A stretch of DNA of 64,000 bases from a virus, in the IMG/VR virus record IMGVR_UViG_3300045988_173425, positions 32,001 through 96,000 of that record; one strand, 5' to 3'. A program made the position numbers and the translations under genes. Positions 17,556 to 27,328 of this stretch are shown piece by piece. Numbering within the stretch: the stretch's first letter is position 1; the number at the start of each line of letters is the position of its first letter. The notes beneath the pieces were generated by a model. It searched no databases, had not been told where the DNA came from, and saw only the letters and a program-made list of their open reading frames with translations.

Positions 17556-18383
17556 ATGGAAAAGACTCAAGACATCAACTCGATCCTCTCGAAACTGAAG
17601 AAACTGCAGCGGCTCTACGAGGGCGCCAAGGCTATCAACTCCGAAGCAGAAGCCCAGAACGCCGCTGCCAAAATTCAGAACCTCCTCACGCAATACAACC
17701 TTTCGATGGTTGATTTGGAAGCAGCCGTTGACGACGAGCCGAAGACTAACGTCACGGAAGAGAAACTCGACGACAGCTGGCAGCGTAAGTGTGGCGGTTT
17801 TTGGGACCAGCTTCTGTTGTACGGGATTTGTAAGTACAACTTCTGCTACACGATAGTCAGCGGGCAGTACACGCACCGCATTAATCGTAACGGCAAAATG
17901 GTCTTCGAAAAGCGTCATAAGTACATCGTTATTGGCGAGCCGCAGAATATCGAGGTCGTAAAATGGCTGTTCAACGTCTTGGCAGGGCAGCTGTATCGCT
18001 TGGCGCTGAAGCGGTACGAAGAGTATCGCGAAGACGACCGTCAGGCGGTTATGCGTCTCTTTGTGGGTGAAAAGAAAATGCACCGCGGTACGTTCCTCCG
18101 CTCGTATTTAGCTGGCGCAGCCAAGGGTGTTCAGGACAAATTGCGTGAAGAACGTGAACGCGAACTCCAAGCCCAAGTGCAGGTAAACGCGCTGGTGCTC
18201 CGCCACGACCAGCAGCTGAACGACTATGTGGCTGAAAATTACAAGGACCTCCGCGCTTCCAAACCGGGTCACATTGGCAGCTATCAGGCCATGCAGCAGG
18301 GACGCGAAGACGGCCGCAAGATTAATATAACGCGAGGCGGCATCGCTGCTTCGAATACCAACCCTAACCGTATAGCGCAATGA
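17556..18383 (+). CDS. DUF2786-like phage protein
   Basis: ATG after promoter copy 3. The N-terminal ILSKLKKLQRLYEGAKAINSEAEAQNAAAKIQNLLTQYNL resembles the DUF2786 helix pair. Confidence 0.5.
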   Translation: MEKTQDINSILSKLKKLQRLYEGAKAINSEAEAQNAAAKIQNLLTQYNLSMVDLEAAVDDEPKTNVTEEKLDDSWQRKCGGFWDQLLLYGICKYNFCYTIVSGQYTHRINRNGKMVFEKRHKYIVIGEPQNIEVVKWLFNVLAGQLYRLALKRYEEYREDDRQAVMRLFVGEKKMHRGTFLRSYLAGAAKGVQDKLREERERELQAQVQVNALVLRHDQQLNDYVAENYKDLRASKPGHIGSYQAMQQGREDGRKINITRGGIAASNTNPNRIAQ

Positions 18384-19372
18384 AAGTGAACCTCGTATTT
18401 GACGGCAATTTCCTGTACCACCTGTCATTCTCCGTATTCTCGACATACTATCGCGGCCAGGACCTAACAGAGGTCCTGGAAGACCGCGAAAAGCGTCAAG
18501 TTCTGATTCGTAAGTGCGTGATGAACCTTTGCGCTGCGGTGCGGCGTTTTGGCGACGACGTGAACCGCGTTGTGGTGGTCATCGACTCCCACTCGTGGCG
18601 GCGAACCATTTACGACGACTACAAGTACGCTCTCACGCGTGTGAAGGAACCGTGGAGTGATGCGTTCGTTGAAGTATTGGGTGAATTCGAAGCGCTGTTG
18701 CGTAAACGCGGGCTGATTGTTACGCGCGTACCGGGAGCCGAAGGCGACGACCTGATTATGATGTGGGCCTTTGCGCTGGACGAACTCCCTGACGAAGAGA
18801 CGGTAATTCTCACCGCCGACAGCGATATTCGCCAGCTGATAACGCCAACCATTTCGGTGTTTAACTACAACTCGAAGTTCATGAAGTTCTACGTCTTTCC
18901 AGGCAAGGAGGCGTTGTGGAATGAGCGCTTGGACGCCGAAATTCAGGTTCTCACCACCGAAGCGTTTGAGGTGTTGTTGTATAAGGTGCTCATGGGTGAT
19001 AAGTCGGATAATATACCCAAGGTCCGCGCTGGATTTGGCGATAAGGCGTTCAACCGTTTTATCGAATCACTGAAACCGGAACTCAACGGCCGATTGCCGT
19101 CGCCGACCGTATTCCAAGGCTACAGCTGTACGAAACTGGCGCTGTGGATTCAGTCCAAGTTTGAGCGATTCTTGGGCACGGCGCTTTCAACGGAAGAAAT
19201 AGGTCGTATCATCTCCAACATCCAGTTAACGTGGCTTTCACCGTCGGTGTACGGCCCCAAGCAGGAAGAACTACTCATAGCGATGGCTGAAGAGGTGGCC
19301 AACACGAAGGACAGCTACAACTATAAGAAGGCATATACGCTTGAAGACTTCTACGGAATGTTAATAAAGTAG
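18380..19372 (+). CDS. 5'-3' exonuclease / flap endonuclease (PIN-like, RNase H family)
   Basis: VFDGNFL, DSHSWRR, GAEGDDLI, LTADSDIRQL, and H3TH-like MGDKSDNIPKVRAGFGDKAF. Confidence 0.8.
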   Translation: MKVNLVFDGNFLYHLSFSVFSTYYRGQDLTEVLEDREKRQVLIRKCVMNLCAAVRRFGDDVNRVVVVIDSHSWRRTIYDDYKYALTRVKEPWSDAFVEVLGEFEALLRKRGLIVTRVPGAEGDDLIMMWAFALDELPDEETVILTADSDIRQLITPTISVFNYNSKFMKFYVFPGKEALWNERLDAEIQVLTTEAFEVLLYKVLMGDKSDNIPKVRAGFGDKAFNRFIESLKPELNGRLPSPTVFQGYSCTKLALWIQSKFERFLGTALSTEEIGRIISNIQLTWLSPSVYGPKQEELLIAMAEEVANTKDSYNYKKAYTLEDFYGMLIK

Positions 19373-19392
19373 TTTGACCAAAATAATATACT

Positions 19393-19593
19393 ATGAAAAA
19401 GTGGATGTGGATTCTTATTATCGCGGTGGTCTTGGTGATCGCTGCGGTGGTATACGCCCATGAGGCGAAGGTGATCCACACGCTGGTGGCTATCTTCTCG
19501 TTTGTGGCGGGCGTGGTAGCACACTGGGCGTGGGTGAAGTATTTGGCTGCCAAGGCCGCTAAACAATCGAACAGCGATGGAAAACATTCGTGA
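19393..19593 (+). CDS. small membrane protein (two TM helices)
   Basis: WMWILIIAVVLVIAAVVYA and LVAIFSFVAGVVAHWAWV, followed by a basic tail. Confidence 0.55.
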   Translation: MKKWMWILIIAVVLVIAAVVYAHEAKVIHTLVAIFSFVAGVVAHWAWVKYLAAKAAKQSNSDGKHS

Positions 19594-20239
19594 CATCATT
19601 TTAGGCGCTCGCGCCGAGCGTCAGGAGCACATGCTCAAGGGCTTTGGCCCGATCCCTGAAGGCGACGAAGTTGAAAAGGCCGACAACGTCTTCGAGAAAA
19701 TGGCCGAGGCTATCGAAAAGGCTGAGTCCGACAACAGCGAGGAGGCTCTCCAAGGTGAACTCCAGAAGGCTGATATCATGAACGCCATCAGCTACGATTC
19801 CAACATCAGGTTCAGCAAACTCGGCAAGGAGATCAAGGCCAAACTGAAGGCCGACGTTCTTCCGCCGCTGAACGCCAAATTGCAGGTTCTGGCCGCAGAA
19901 CTTGAAAGCAAGTTGGAAGAGTGTGGCGGTGCGCCTACTGAAACCACTCCGCCGTGGTGGACGGCCGACATCAAGGTAGACATCCCGTTCCGCATCTTCT
20001 CGTGGGAAAGCATGGACTGCTGTGAAGCGCCGCGAATTGCCGGTACACTCGTTGGCGAAGAGCAGGAGAACCCCGTTACGCCCGAAATGCGTAAGTGCCG
20101 CCAAGAGTACAACGACAAGGTGCGCGAGTACGCCAACGTGGCTACCGACATCAAGGCGTGCGAAATTCTTGAAACCAATCTTTCCGACAACGAACGCTAT
20201 CAACTGTCACCTCGTCAGTTGACGGTGTTCGGGTTTTAG
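19577..20239 (+). CDS. hypothetical acidic protein
   Basis: 220 aa, Glu/Asp-rich, ATG start. The antisense ORFs are judged shadows. Confidence 0.6.
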   Translation: MENIRDIILGARAERQEHMLKGFGPIPEGDEVEKADNVFEKMAEAIEKAESDNSEEALQGELQKADIMNAISYDSNIRFSKLGKEIKAKLKADVLPPLNAKLQVLAAELESKLEECGGAPTETTPPWWTADIKVDIPFRIFSWESMDCCEAPRIAGTLVGEEQENPVTPEMRKCRQEYNDKVREYANVATDIKACEILETNLSDNERYQLSPRQLTVFGF

Positions 20240-20314
20240 TTTCTTTTCCGTTTCCATTTTGTCAGGACAGCGGCCTCGATTCGGTAACGTTTCGGGGCCA
20301 ACGTTTTTGAACGT

Positions 20315-20629
20315 ATGGACCGATGGAAATATTTCAGAATAGGTGATGTCGTTGCAGACCCTGAAGTTTGGGGTCGGACGACGTTTGTAATACGCGCGTT
20401 TCACGGTAACGACTACTGCCCGTTAATTACTGGCGAGTCCCTAAAACCGATTCGCGGTCGCCGCATAAGGGTAAACCTCGGCGTCGGGGAGGTGCGACTT
20501 GTAAACGCTCCTAAACGTCCGTTGATGAAGGTTCCAGATGGTACGTTGGTGCGGTTGACTGGGAAGAGCGTTGAAGCGCGGCGAGAATTGTTAATTAGAA
20601 GCTATCGTAAACAGCATGGCGACCTTTGA
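20315..20629 (+). CDS. hypothetical protein
   Basis: ATG start. No motif recognised. Confidence 0.55.
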   Translation: MDRWKYFRIGDVVADPEVWGRTTFVIRAFHGNDYCPLITGESLKPIRGRRIRVNLGVGEVRLVNAPKRPLMKVPDGTLVRLTGKSVEARRELLIRSYRKQHGDL

Positions 20630-21626
20630 TAATTATGCGTGGGCAGATAAGCTACCTGACGAAACGCTGGACGTGAGCGAAGAGCACCGCTCGGAGTTCT
20701 TCAGAACGATGTTCGAGCGCCAGATGATATGGAAACGCCGCTTCTTGGATGGAGCGCCGCGCCCGTGGACCGAAGACCCGATCTTAAGGGACTATAAGTT
20801 TACCAACGTATATCGCGAGTTAGACCGCAATTCGCAGTGGCAAATACGAAACATCATTCTCGATCCGCTACTTTCGTTGACGAATTTGGTTTGGAAGACG
20901 ATGGTGTTTCGGTACTTCAATAATCCTGCAACGTTCGAATTCGCTCAACAGCGATACGGTTGGAAGGCGGGAATTCCAGATTACGACCAATACGACGAAG
21001 ACCGCTTCGCAGAGATGATAGCTGTGTACCGTGCGTCGGGAAACAACCCTTACACTACGGCGTATTTGATCAATTCGATGGCCACGCCCGGTAAACCGCG
21101 CGACTACTGTTACACGCACTTGGTGGTTCCTACGTTACACCGGCGCTTGGGTGAGTTGATACGGACGGTATTGGCGGCTGAAACTCCTGAACAGATCATC
21201 AGGTTTTTACGCACCCTGCCTTCATCGGCTACATTCATCGCTCACGAATTTTACCAAGACTTTACCTACATATCACGCTACACCACGCGTCGTTTCATGC
21301 GTTTTACTCAAGACGACTATACCAACGTAGGACCTGGCGCATCGATTGGGTTGCGGTTGATATTTCCGTCGTTGAAACGTCAGGTGGATGGAATATATCG
21401 CCTGCGTGACGAATCGCGTGACGAGTTGGCGAAGTTGGGTAATTTCCCATACCTACACTGGGACCGCGCCGGGTGGCGTTACCGCGTATCGCGCGTGGGA
21501 GAAATAACGCTTCATCAGGTGGAAATGTGGCTGTGCGAGTACCAAAAGTATTGGAAAATGCGTATTGGCGAAGGCAAGCAGCGTTCTACATTTGAACCTC
21601 AAACTCGTAAATTAGTGGGACAATGA
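20616..21626 (+). CDS. possible alpha-glutamyl/putrescinyl thymine pyrophosphorylase-like (aGPT-Pplase) DNA base hypermodification protein
   Basis: 336 aa. RPWTEDPILRDYKFTNVYRELDRNSQW and the C-terminal HQVEMWLCEYQKYWK resemble, from my memory, the aGPT-Pplase family signature. Not verified by HMM. Confidence 0.4.
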   Translation: MATFDNYAWADKLPDETLDVSEEHRSEFFRTMFERQMIWKRRFLDGAPRPWTEDPILRDYKFTNVYRELDRNSQWQIRNIILDPLLSLTNLVWKTMVFRYFNNPATFEFAQQRYGWKAGIPDYDQYDEDRFAEMIAVYRASGNNPYTTAYLINSMATPGKPRDYCYTHLVVPTLHRRLGELIRTVLAAETPEQIIRFLRTLPSSATFIAHEFYQDFTYISRYTTRRFMRFTQDDYTNVGPGASIGLRLIFPSLKRQVDGIYRLRDESRDELAKLGNFPYLHWDRAGWRYRVSRVGEITLHQVEMWLCEYQKYWKMRIGEGKQRSTFEPQTRKLVGQ

Positions 21627-21946
21627 TAACCTTTCACACGCCTCTTGAAACGGGCGATTTTATGGGTATCGACTTTCAGATTATGGCCGATGACCTGTCT
21701 ACGAGTGCCGCACGATTAGTAGTCGTCGGCACTTTCATAACACCCTTCACCACGGAAGAAAAAGCGCGGTTTGAACGTTTGATCGTTGATATACGCCACG
21801 ACGGTGAATGGAATGGTTCGTATGACGACCAGACGGACTATTTCACGTGGAATGGTTATCAGGTAGCGGTGTGGGGCGATATCGTCCATCGGGCGCTGAT
21901 TATCAGGCAAACGGCACGGAACGACATTTTGAAACTGTTGTGTTGA
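21623..21946 (+). CDS. hypothetical protein
   Basis: ATG overlapping the upstream stop. No motif recognised. Confidence 0.55.
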   Translation: MITFHTPLETGDFMGIDFQIMADDLSTSAARLVVVGTFITPFTTEEKARFERLIVDIRHDGEWNGSYDDQTDYFTWNGYQVAVWGDIVHRALIIRQTARNDILKLLC

Positions 21947-21983
21947 CAGCCAATTATAGGTTAACAAATCGCGTAAAAACATT

Positions 21984-23741
21984 ATGTCCGGTGTAAAAGA
22001 AAGATTGGAATCGGTGGAACGTGCCATGCAGGCTCTAACAATACGCAAGTCGCTGTTGGTAGAGCGTGCGTTGAGCAGCGACAACCCGTCCGATATACTC
22101 AAAGCCGCTGAAATATTCAATCAGCAATCCAAGCCTGCTAACGTTGCCCCGAAGGCGTACTTGATCGATCCTTTGGAGTTCAATTCGTTTTTGGGGTATA
22201 AGGATAAGCCGTTTTCGCTCTCGTATGAGACACTGCGCCGGATGAGCCGCACCCCCATCATCAACTCAATCCTCAAGACCCGTAAGAACCAAATAGCCGA
22301 CTTCGCTGAACCGCAGGCCGATCGCTATTCTACAGGGTTCGTCATTCGTCGTAAACCGAAATTTGGTCAAGAGCAGAAGATGGATTCTCAAGACCGCAAG
22401 ATTGCGGCCTCCATCACCGACTTCATTCTCAATTGCGGTGATACCGCCACTTGGGACGGCGACGAGTTTGACGAGTTTGTTCGTAAAATCGTTGACGACT
22501 CGTTGACGTTCGACCAGATGACGTTTGAGTGCATTCGTAACCGCCGCGGCAAACTGGTACGGTTTCAGGCCGTCGATGCTGCGACGTTCCGGTTGGCTGA
22601 ATCGTACTTCGACGGTGAATACAACAACCCGTATTTTGACGGCGCTATGATGGATGACCGCCAAAACTGGGGTCCAAAGGTTGATGGCTATTATCCGGCC
22701 TACGTTCAGGTGTACCAAACAGCCAAGGTGGCGCAGTTCTATCCGTGGGAGTTGTGCTTCGGTATACGCAACCCGACCACGTCGATCTACGCCAACGGGT
22801 ACGGAAACTCTGAATTGGAAGAACTGATTAACGTCGTTACATCGATGCTTTGGGGCGACGAATACAACCGCCGCTTCTTCTCTCAAGGATCAGCGCCGAA
22901 GGGTCTTCTTCGGATCAAGGGTAACGTCAACGAGGCTTCGCTTCAACAGTTCAAGCAGCAGTGGCAAGCCATGATATCAGGCGTTATGCAGTCGTGGAAG
23001 ACGCCCGTCGTTGAGGGTGATATCGACTGGGTTGATCTCCAGAAGAACAACCGTGATATGGAGTACAACTCGTGGATGGAGTACCTGATCAAGATCGCGT
23101 GTGCTGTATTCTGTATCGACCCGACGGAAATCGGGTGGGACATTTCCCGTTCCAACGGCAGCGGCCTGACGTTCGGTGATGGCCAAAAGCAGCGCATGGA
23201 GCAGTCCAAAGACAAGGGTCTCTACCCGATGCTGAAGTTCATCCAGCGTAAACTCAACAAATTCATCGTCGAGCAAATCAACCCCGACTTCGAATTCGTA
23301 TTCATGGGCCTCAACGGAATGACCATTTCCGAAGAGCTGGATATGGACATCAAACGCCTTCAGGCCTTCCAGACCGTGGACGAGATTCGCGAGAAGTGGG
23401 ATCTCCCGGCTATTGGCGAAGAGAAGGGTGGCAACACCATCGAGAACTCAGTCATCCAACAGGCTCTCAGCGCCAAGCAGCAACAGCAACAGGCGATGGG
23501 TGACATGGGCGCCGGAGGCGGCAACCCGTTTGAAGAGGCTGCCGGTATGGGCGCTGAAGGCGTTCCGGGTGAAGAGCCCACTGGCGACGAAGGCGACGAA
23601 GGCCCCGAAGCGCAAGGCGGAAACCCGTTCGACCTTTACGCCGCTGGCGATGAAGAAGAAACTATGAAGGCTCGTGAAGCGAATCCGCTCGTGGCCGCAT
23701 TCGACGAATACTTACAAAAAGCAATACACCATGACGAGTAA
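21984..23741 (+). CDS. portal protein
   Basis: 585 aa. The core segment NGYGNSELEELINVVTSMLWGDEYNRRFFSQGSAPKGLLRIKG is typical of HK97/SPP1-type portals. Acidic Gly-rich C-terminal tail. Confidence 0.7.
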   Translation: MSGVKERLESVERAMQALTIRKSLLVERALSSDNPSDILKAAEIFNQQSKPANVAPKAYLIDPLEFNSFLGYKDKPFSLSYETLRRMSRTPIINSILKTRKNQIADFAEPQADRYSTGFVIRRKPKFGQEQKMDSQDRKIAASITDFILNCGDTATWDGDEFDEFVRKIVDDSLTFDQMTFECIRNRRGKLVRFQAVDAATFRLAESYFDGEYNNPYFDGAMMDDRQNWGPKVDGYYPAYVQVYQTAKVAQFYPWELCFGIRNPTTSIYANGYGNSELEELINVVTSMLWGDEYNRRFFSQGSAPKGLLRIKGNVNEASLQQFKQQWQAMISGVMQSWKTPVVEGDIDWVDLQKNNRDMEYNSWMEYLIKIACAVFCIDPTEIGWDISRSNGSGLTFGDGQKQRMEQSKDKGLYPMLKFIQRKLNKFIVEQINPDFEFVFMGLNGMTISEELDMDIKRLQAFQTVDEIREKWDLPAIGEEKGGNTIENSVIQQALSAKQQQQQAMGDMGAGGGNPFEEAAGMGAEGVPGEEPTGDEGDEGPEAQGGNPFDLYAAGDEEETMKAREANPLVAAFDEYLQKAIHHDE

Positions 23742-23988
23742 CGAAAAGAACACCGCGCCCATCGTACAGCTGTTGGCTGACGCTATGCCTAAACCGATTG
23801 TTGACGCTTCTGGCGGTAGCGTCATTTACCGCGGTTATGCGCCCATCGGCACAGGTCAAAGCGAGGCCGGATGGCGCATCGAACGCGAGACCACTGCTGA
23901 TGGAATTACCATCACGGAATATCCGATTGGCGACATGAGTTACAATTTCGTGTGGGCTAATCGCGCTGACTACATTTATTCACGCTAA
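23731..23988 (+). CDS. hypothetical protein
   Basis: Track ORF starts on GTG at 23674 inside the portal gene. The first ATG at 23731 overlaps the portal stop. Confidence 0.5.
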   Translation: MTSNEKNTAPIVQLLADAMPKPIVDASGGSVIYRGYAPIGTGQSEAGWRIERETTADGITITEYPIGDMSYNFVWANRADYIYSR

Positions 23989-23999
23989 TATCTCCGCAA

Positions 24000-25637
24000 A
24001 TGGCAACAGTTGACGTCGGAACCATAGCAGGTATATCCATCGGCACGACGCCCCCGTCGAACCCGGCGATTATCTGGTACGACACCACCGACAAACTCCA
24101 CAAAAGTTACGACGCCTCGCTCGGGCAGTGGGTTCCGATGTCGCAGGCGATTGTGGCTGAAATAGCCGATTTCAACGACCTTATCAATAAGGCGAACCTC
24201 CCCGGCGGACTACCTATCGCGGCGTTCTACAACGTCATCAAGCGCGACGCTGACGGTCAGTGGAACACCATGGTGTGGGTAGTAGGCCAAACCCGTATTC
24301 AGTACGTCGATAAGCAAAACAACATCATCGTCGAAGACCTCGCTGGGCAAGGTACCACAACGCAATACGTTGCTTCAACGAACTACTTCTTCGATAACGT
24401 CGTCGCCACGTTCGATCAACAAACGTCGCGTCTCAATTTCACCTTCCAGCAGGTGACGGATAACCCTGCTATGCAAGACGTACTTTTCGGTAGCCGCATT
24501 ATCAACGATAATCCAACGTTGGTGAAGCGTACCGTGAAATCGTTGCTCTCAACGTCATCGAAGAACTCGCTGTCGTTCGTCAACGGGTTGTACTTCGACT
24601 TCAGCGCAGCGATGAATGGCGTTATCGTCTCCGAGCAAGAAAACGATACACAGGTCGTTGGATACAAGCAGTACACGGCCGATTATGCCGCCATGGATAA
24701 GACGTTCACGGAGGTAACGAAGATCATCAACGACTGGCAAAACGGCTCACAACAGATGATCTTCAGCGCCCGGTTGATTGAGGTTAATCCTGTTACGGCT
24801 ACTATTGCCGCACCGCAAGACCTTACTACGACCGACGATTTGAAAATGGCGCTCAACAAGATTCAAGGCTGGTACAACCGCTTGAAACTGGCCACCGGAA
24901 TGAGCCTGTCGTCGGCGTATAAGGCTGATCCCGCTACCAAGGGCGTTATGCCTGCTGGTGGTGATCCTGTTGAAAAAGCCATTGCGCTGCTTCACCAAGC
25001 AATCTTGGATGTCGATTTTTCGCAGTATGGCGATTCCAGTAACATCACGATAGGCGGTTCACAAGGTGACTTCCCCGAAATACCCTATATGTCGTTTATC
25101 GACGTTGAAGGTTCGGTTCGTCAAGCGTTTGAGGTAGTGTGGAGCGCGTTAGGGAATATCATTACGGGCGATGATACTGGCGAAATACTGAAGAAACTCG
25201 TTGCTTCGTCTTCCATATTCGAACGCAACGTGTTGAAAAGCCACTTGGCAAGAGGTATTGTCGGCGGCTTCGACGATTATAGAATTCTGCCCGGCGGCAG
25301 TACTTACAACGTCGAGTTGGGGCACCGCTATTTTTACAATCTGAATGCGTCGGAAATTTCTTCATCGACTTGGACTCTTAATTTGGGTACGCTTACCAAC
25401 CCGTCGTCGTTGGAGGCATACACACAAGAAAGCGTCGGTGGAACCATCGAAGTGCTCGTCTATTGTAATGTCGCTAACGGCCAGACTCTGCGCGTCGTTG
25501 ACGGTAATGGCATTAAGGCGAATTACAATATGTCGCAAAAGGGATATTATCTTCTCACGGCTTGGGCTACGCAGTTTATATCCCGAAGCAGTCTTGGTTT
25601 TGAGTGTTTCATCACGCGGCCGGAATATTTAGGATAG
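24000..25637 (+). CDS. hypothetical protein (545 aa, possibly structural)
   Basis: Long ORF with an ATG start. No motif recognised. Confidence 0.6.
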   Translation: MATVDVGTIAGISIGTTPPSNPAIIWYDTTDKLHKSYDASLGQWVPMSQAIVAEIADFNDLINKANLPGGLPIAAFYNVIKRDADGQWNTMVWVVGQTRIQYVDKQNNIIVEDLAGQGTTTQYVASTNYFFDNVVATFDQQTSRLNFTFQQVTDNPAMQDVLFGSRIINDNPTLVKRTVKSLLSTSSKNSLSFVNGLYFDFSAAMNGVIVSEQENDTQVVGYKQYTADYAAMDKTFTEVTKIINDWQNGSQQMIFSARLIEVNPVTATIAAPQDLTTTDDLKMALNKIQGWYNRLKLATGMSLSSAYKADPATKGVMPAGGDPVEKAIALLHQAILDVDFSQYGDSSNITIGGSQGDFPEIPYMSFIDVEGSVRQAFEVVWSALGNIITGDDTGEILKKLVASSSIFERNVLKSHLARGIVGGFDDYRILPGGSTYNVELGHRYFYNLNASEISSSTWTLNLGTLTNPSSLEAYTQESVGGTIEVLVYCNVANGQTLRVVDGNGIKANYNMSQKGYYLLTAWATQFISRSSLGFECFITRPEYLG

Positions 25638-25638
25638 T

Positions 25639-26208
25639 ATGTGTAAGGTGGTCTATTTAACATCGCGGCGTTTTAACGCTGAAGCACGGCGGTTCATCCA
25701 AGCACTGGCTGAAGAATTACGTCGCCGACGTATCGAAGTGGTAGTTGGCAACGCTTACGATGTTTGGAATTACTTCAGACCCCATCGAACTTATGGTATC
25801 GCGTTGGCGGTGGACTTCTTCAATGATCACAAAGACGGCTGCAGTCTCACGCTGAACCGAGTTTGTCCAGCGCTTACACGTGATTTTGCTTACAACTTAT
25901 CGAACCACTACGATATTTTGACGCCTCAAATTCGTTGGCGGTCGTTCCTATTTGTGGATTCGTACGACCGCCAGTGGTACCGTTTCTTCAATCGTGTGAG
26001 TGCAGAGGTTAAACTTATAATTTACCCTGCAACGCTTACCAACGAAGGCGACATGGATGCGTACCTCGGCGCACGCGACGGTATTATACGAGCGTTTGCT
26101 GATGAAATTGTGAGGTGTCTTCGCTCTAATTACGATTACAACTCGTACGCTAAAGCAGCTAAAGTTGCTCGCATACGCATTAACGAAAGAATGAAACGCA
26201 ATGGCTGA
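25639..26208 (+). CDS. hypothetical protein, weak Amidase_3-like layout (catalytic residues not evident)
   Basis: Segment order resembles MurNAc-LAA (ALAVDFFND, IYPATLTNEGDMDAYL), but the usual His/Glu ligand positions are substituted. Confidence 0.25.
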   Translation: MCKVVYLTSRRFNAEARRFIQALAEELRRRRIEVVVGNAYDVWNYFRPHRTYGIALAVDFFNDHKDGCSLTLNRVCPALTRDFAYNLSNHYDILTPQIRWRSFLFVDSYDRQWYRFFNRVSAEVKLIIYPATLTNEGDMDAYLGARDGIIRAFADEIVRCLRSNYDYNSYAKAAKVARIRINERMKRNG

Positions 26209-26701
26209 TGGAACTTTCATGACTACTATCTTCCCCATAATTTCGCTTCTATTCGGGGCGGGTGGTATTGGCTATGCCGTTGTAGCGCGTATGTTGGATC
26301 GTAAGAAATACGCCCAAGAAGTTCGTTGTAGCCAAGCCGACGCTGATTTGAAAGGTGAAGAATTTTGGAAGGGGCGATATGACACCTTGATGAACGAACT
26401 CGACAAGAAGGAATCGTGGTGGAAAGAGCGATACAACAATCTGTATCAGGAAGTGCAAAACGAACGTAAGTTATCAAACGAAATGATGACGAACTTTCGT
26501 AACGAACTTAACAAAATCCGCGACGAATATGAGGCCCAACGACAGGCCGACCGCGATAAGTATAACCGCCTGATGGAGGAGTTCCGTACTCAAGAGCGTG
26601 AAGCCAATAAAGCGGCTGAAGATTACAAGCGCCGTATCAATGAACTCGAAGCGTCGATCACGGCCTACGAAGAAATGATCAAGAACGGTAAACGGTCATG
26701 A
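26201..26701 (+). CDS. membrane-anchored coiled-coil protein (spanin- or holin-associated candidate)
   Basis: N-terminal TM helix IFPIISLLFGAGGIGYAVVA, then a charged heptad-like region. Confidence 0.4.
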   Translation: MADGTFMTTIFPIISLLFGAGGIGYAVVARMLDRKKYAQEVRCSQADADLKGEEFWKGRYDTLMNELDKKESWWKERYNNLYQEVQNERKLSNEMMTNFRNELNKIRDEYEAQRQADRDKYNRLMEEFRTQEREANKAAEDYKRRINELEASITAYEEMIKNGKRS

Positions 26702-27255
26702 AGACAGCATCCAGCATAATTATCGTTGTAGCGGCCCTAATTTTCGCGTTCTTTCTGGGGCGGGGTACTTATACCCCTGAACCCCCTAAAGTCGTTGAAA
26801 AGTGGTATACAAAGCACGATACGGTGGAATATCGCGATACGATCAAAGTTCCTGTTCCGTATCAGGTCGTGCGCGATACTACAATCTACCTGCCGGGGGT
26901 GATCGATACCGCCGCTCTTTTGGCTGATTATCTGGCTCGAAAAGAATATTCACTGGACTTTTCCAACGATAGTATTGGCGAGTTTCGCGTTGATGCGGTT
27001 ATTCAGCGTAACGCCCTCGCGCAAGTTACGTCGCACGTGAAACCCATAATCCGCATCCACGAAGTAGAAAACACGATAATCAACAAGCAGATACCATTCA
27101 TTCAAGGTTACGCCCAAATAGGAACGTCCGTAGACTTTGGCACGCAAAAGTTCTCTGCCGGGGCCGACTTTCGGCAACGGTTCTTGGTTGGCGCTTCAGC
27201 TATAAGAGTTGATGATCGCTGGGGATACACGTTGGATTTTGGTATAAAATTTTGA
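26698..27255 (+). CDS. membrane/beta-rich protein (lysis-cassette candidate)
   Basis: N-terminal TM helix IIIVVAALIFAFFLG. The C-terminus ends GYTLDFGIKF, which looks like an outer-membrane beta-signal. Confidence 0.4.
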   Translation: MKTASSIIIVVAALIFAFFLGRGTYTPEPPKVVEKWYTKHDTVEYRDTIKVPVPYQVVRDTTIYLPGVIDTAALLADYLARKEYSLDFSNDSIGEFRVDAVIQRNALAQVTSHVKPIIRIHEVENTIINKQIPFIQGYAQIGTSVDFGTQKFSAGADFRQRFLVGASAIRVDDRWGYTLDFGIKF

Positions 27256-27328
27256 CGTATTCTCTTGGCAGTTTGAATAAAATTCAGTACCTTTGTAGTG
27301 GAAATGAAACTTATAAACCGATAACGTT
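27254..27328 (+). promoter_or_regulatory. conserved promoter/leader element, copy 4 of 4
   Basis: GTATTCTCTTGG, 19-nt spacer, TACCTTTG (27288-27295), then GGAAATGAAAC, ending at ATG 27329. Confidence 0.6.

Noticed and set aside
966-20305. Recurring CGCCAAC / GTTGGCG and GCCAACGTT words in several intergenic regions (966, 1057, 7625, 7918, 9727, 9825, 11082, 20297) as a regulator-binding site
   Set aside because: The same words are also frequent inside coding sequence (for example 5917 and 8373) because Ala-Asn-Val codons are favoured. Without statistics I cannot separate signal from codon bias. Only the longer shared motif at 7918 and 11082 is kept, as a low-confidence feature.
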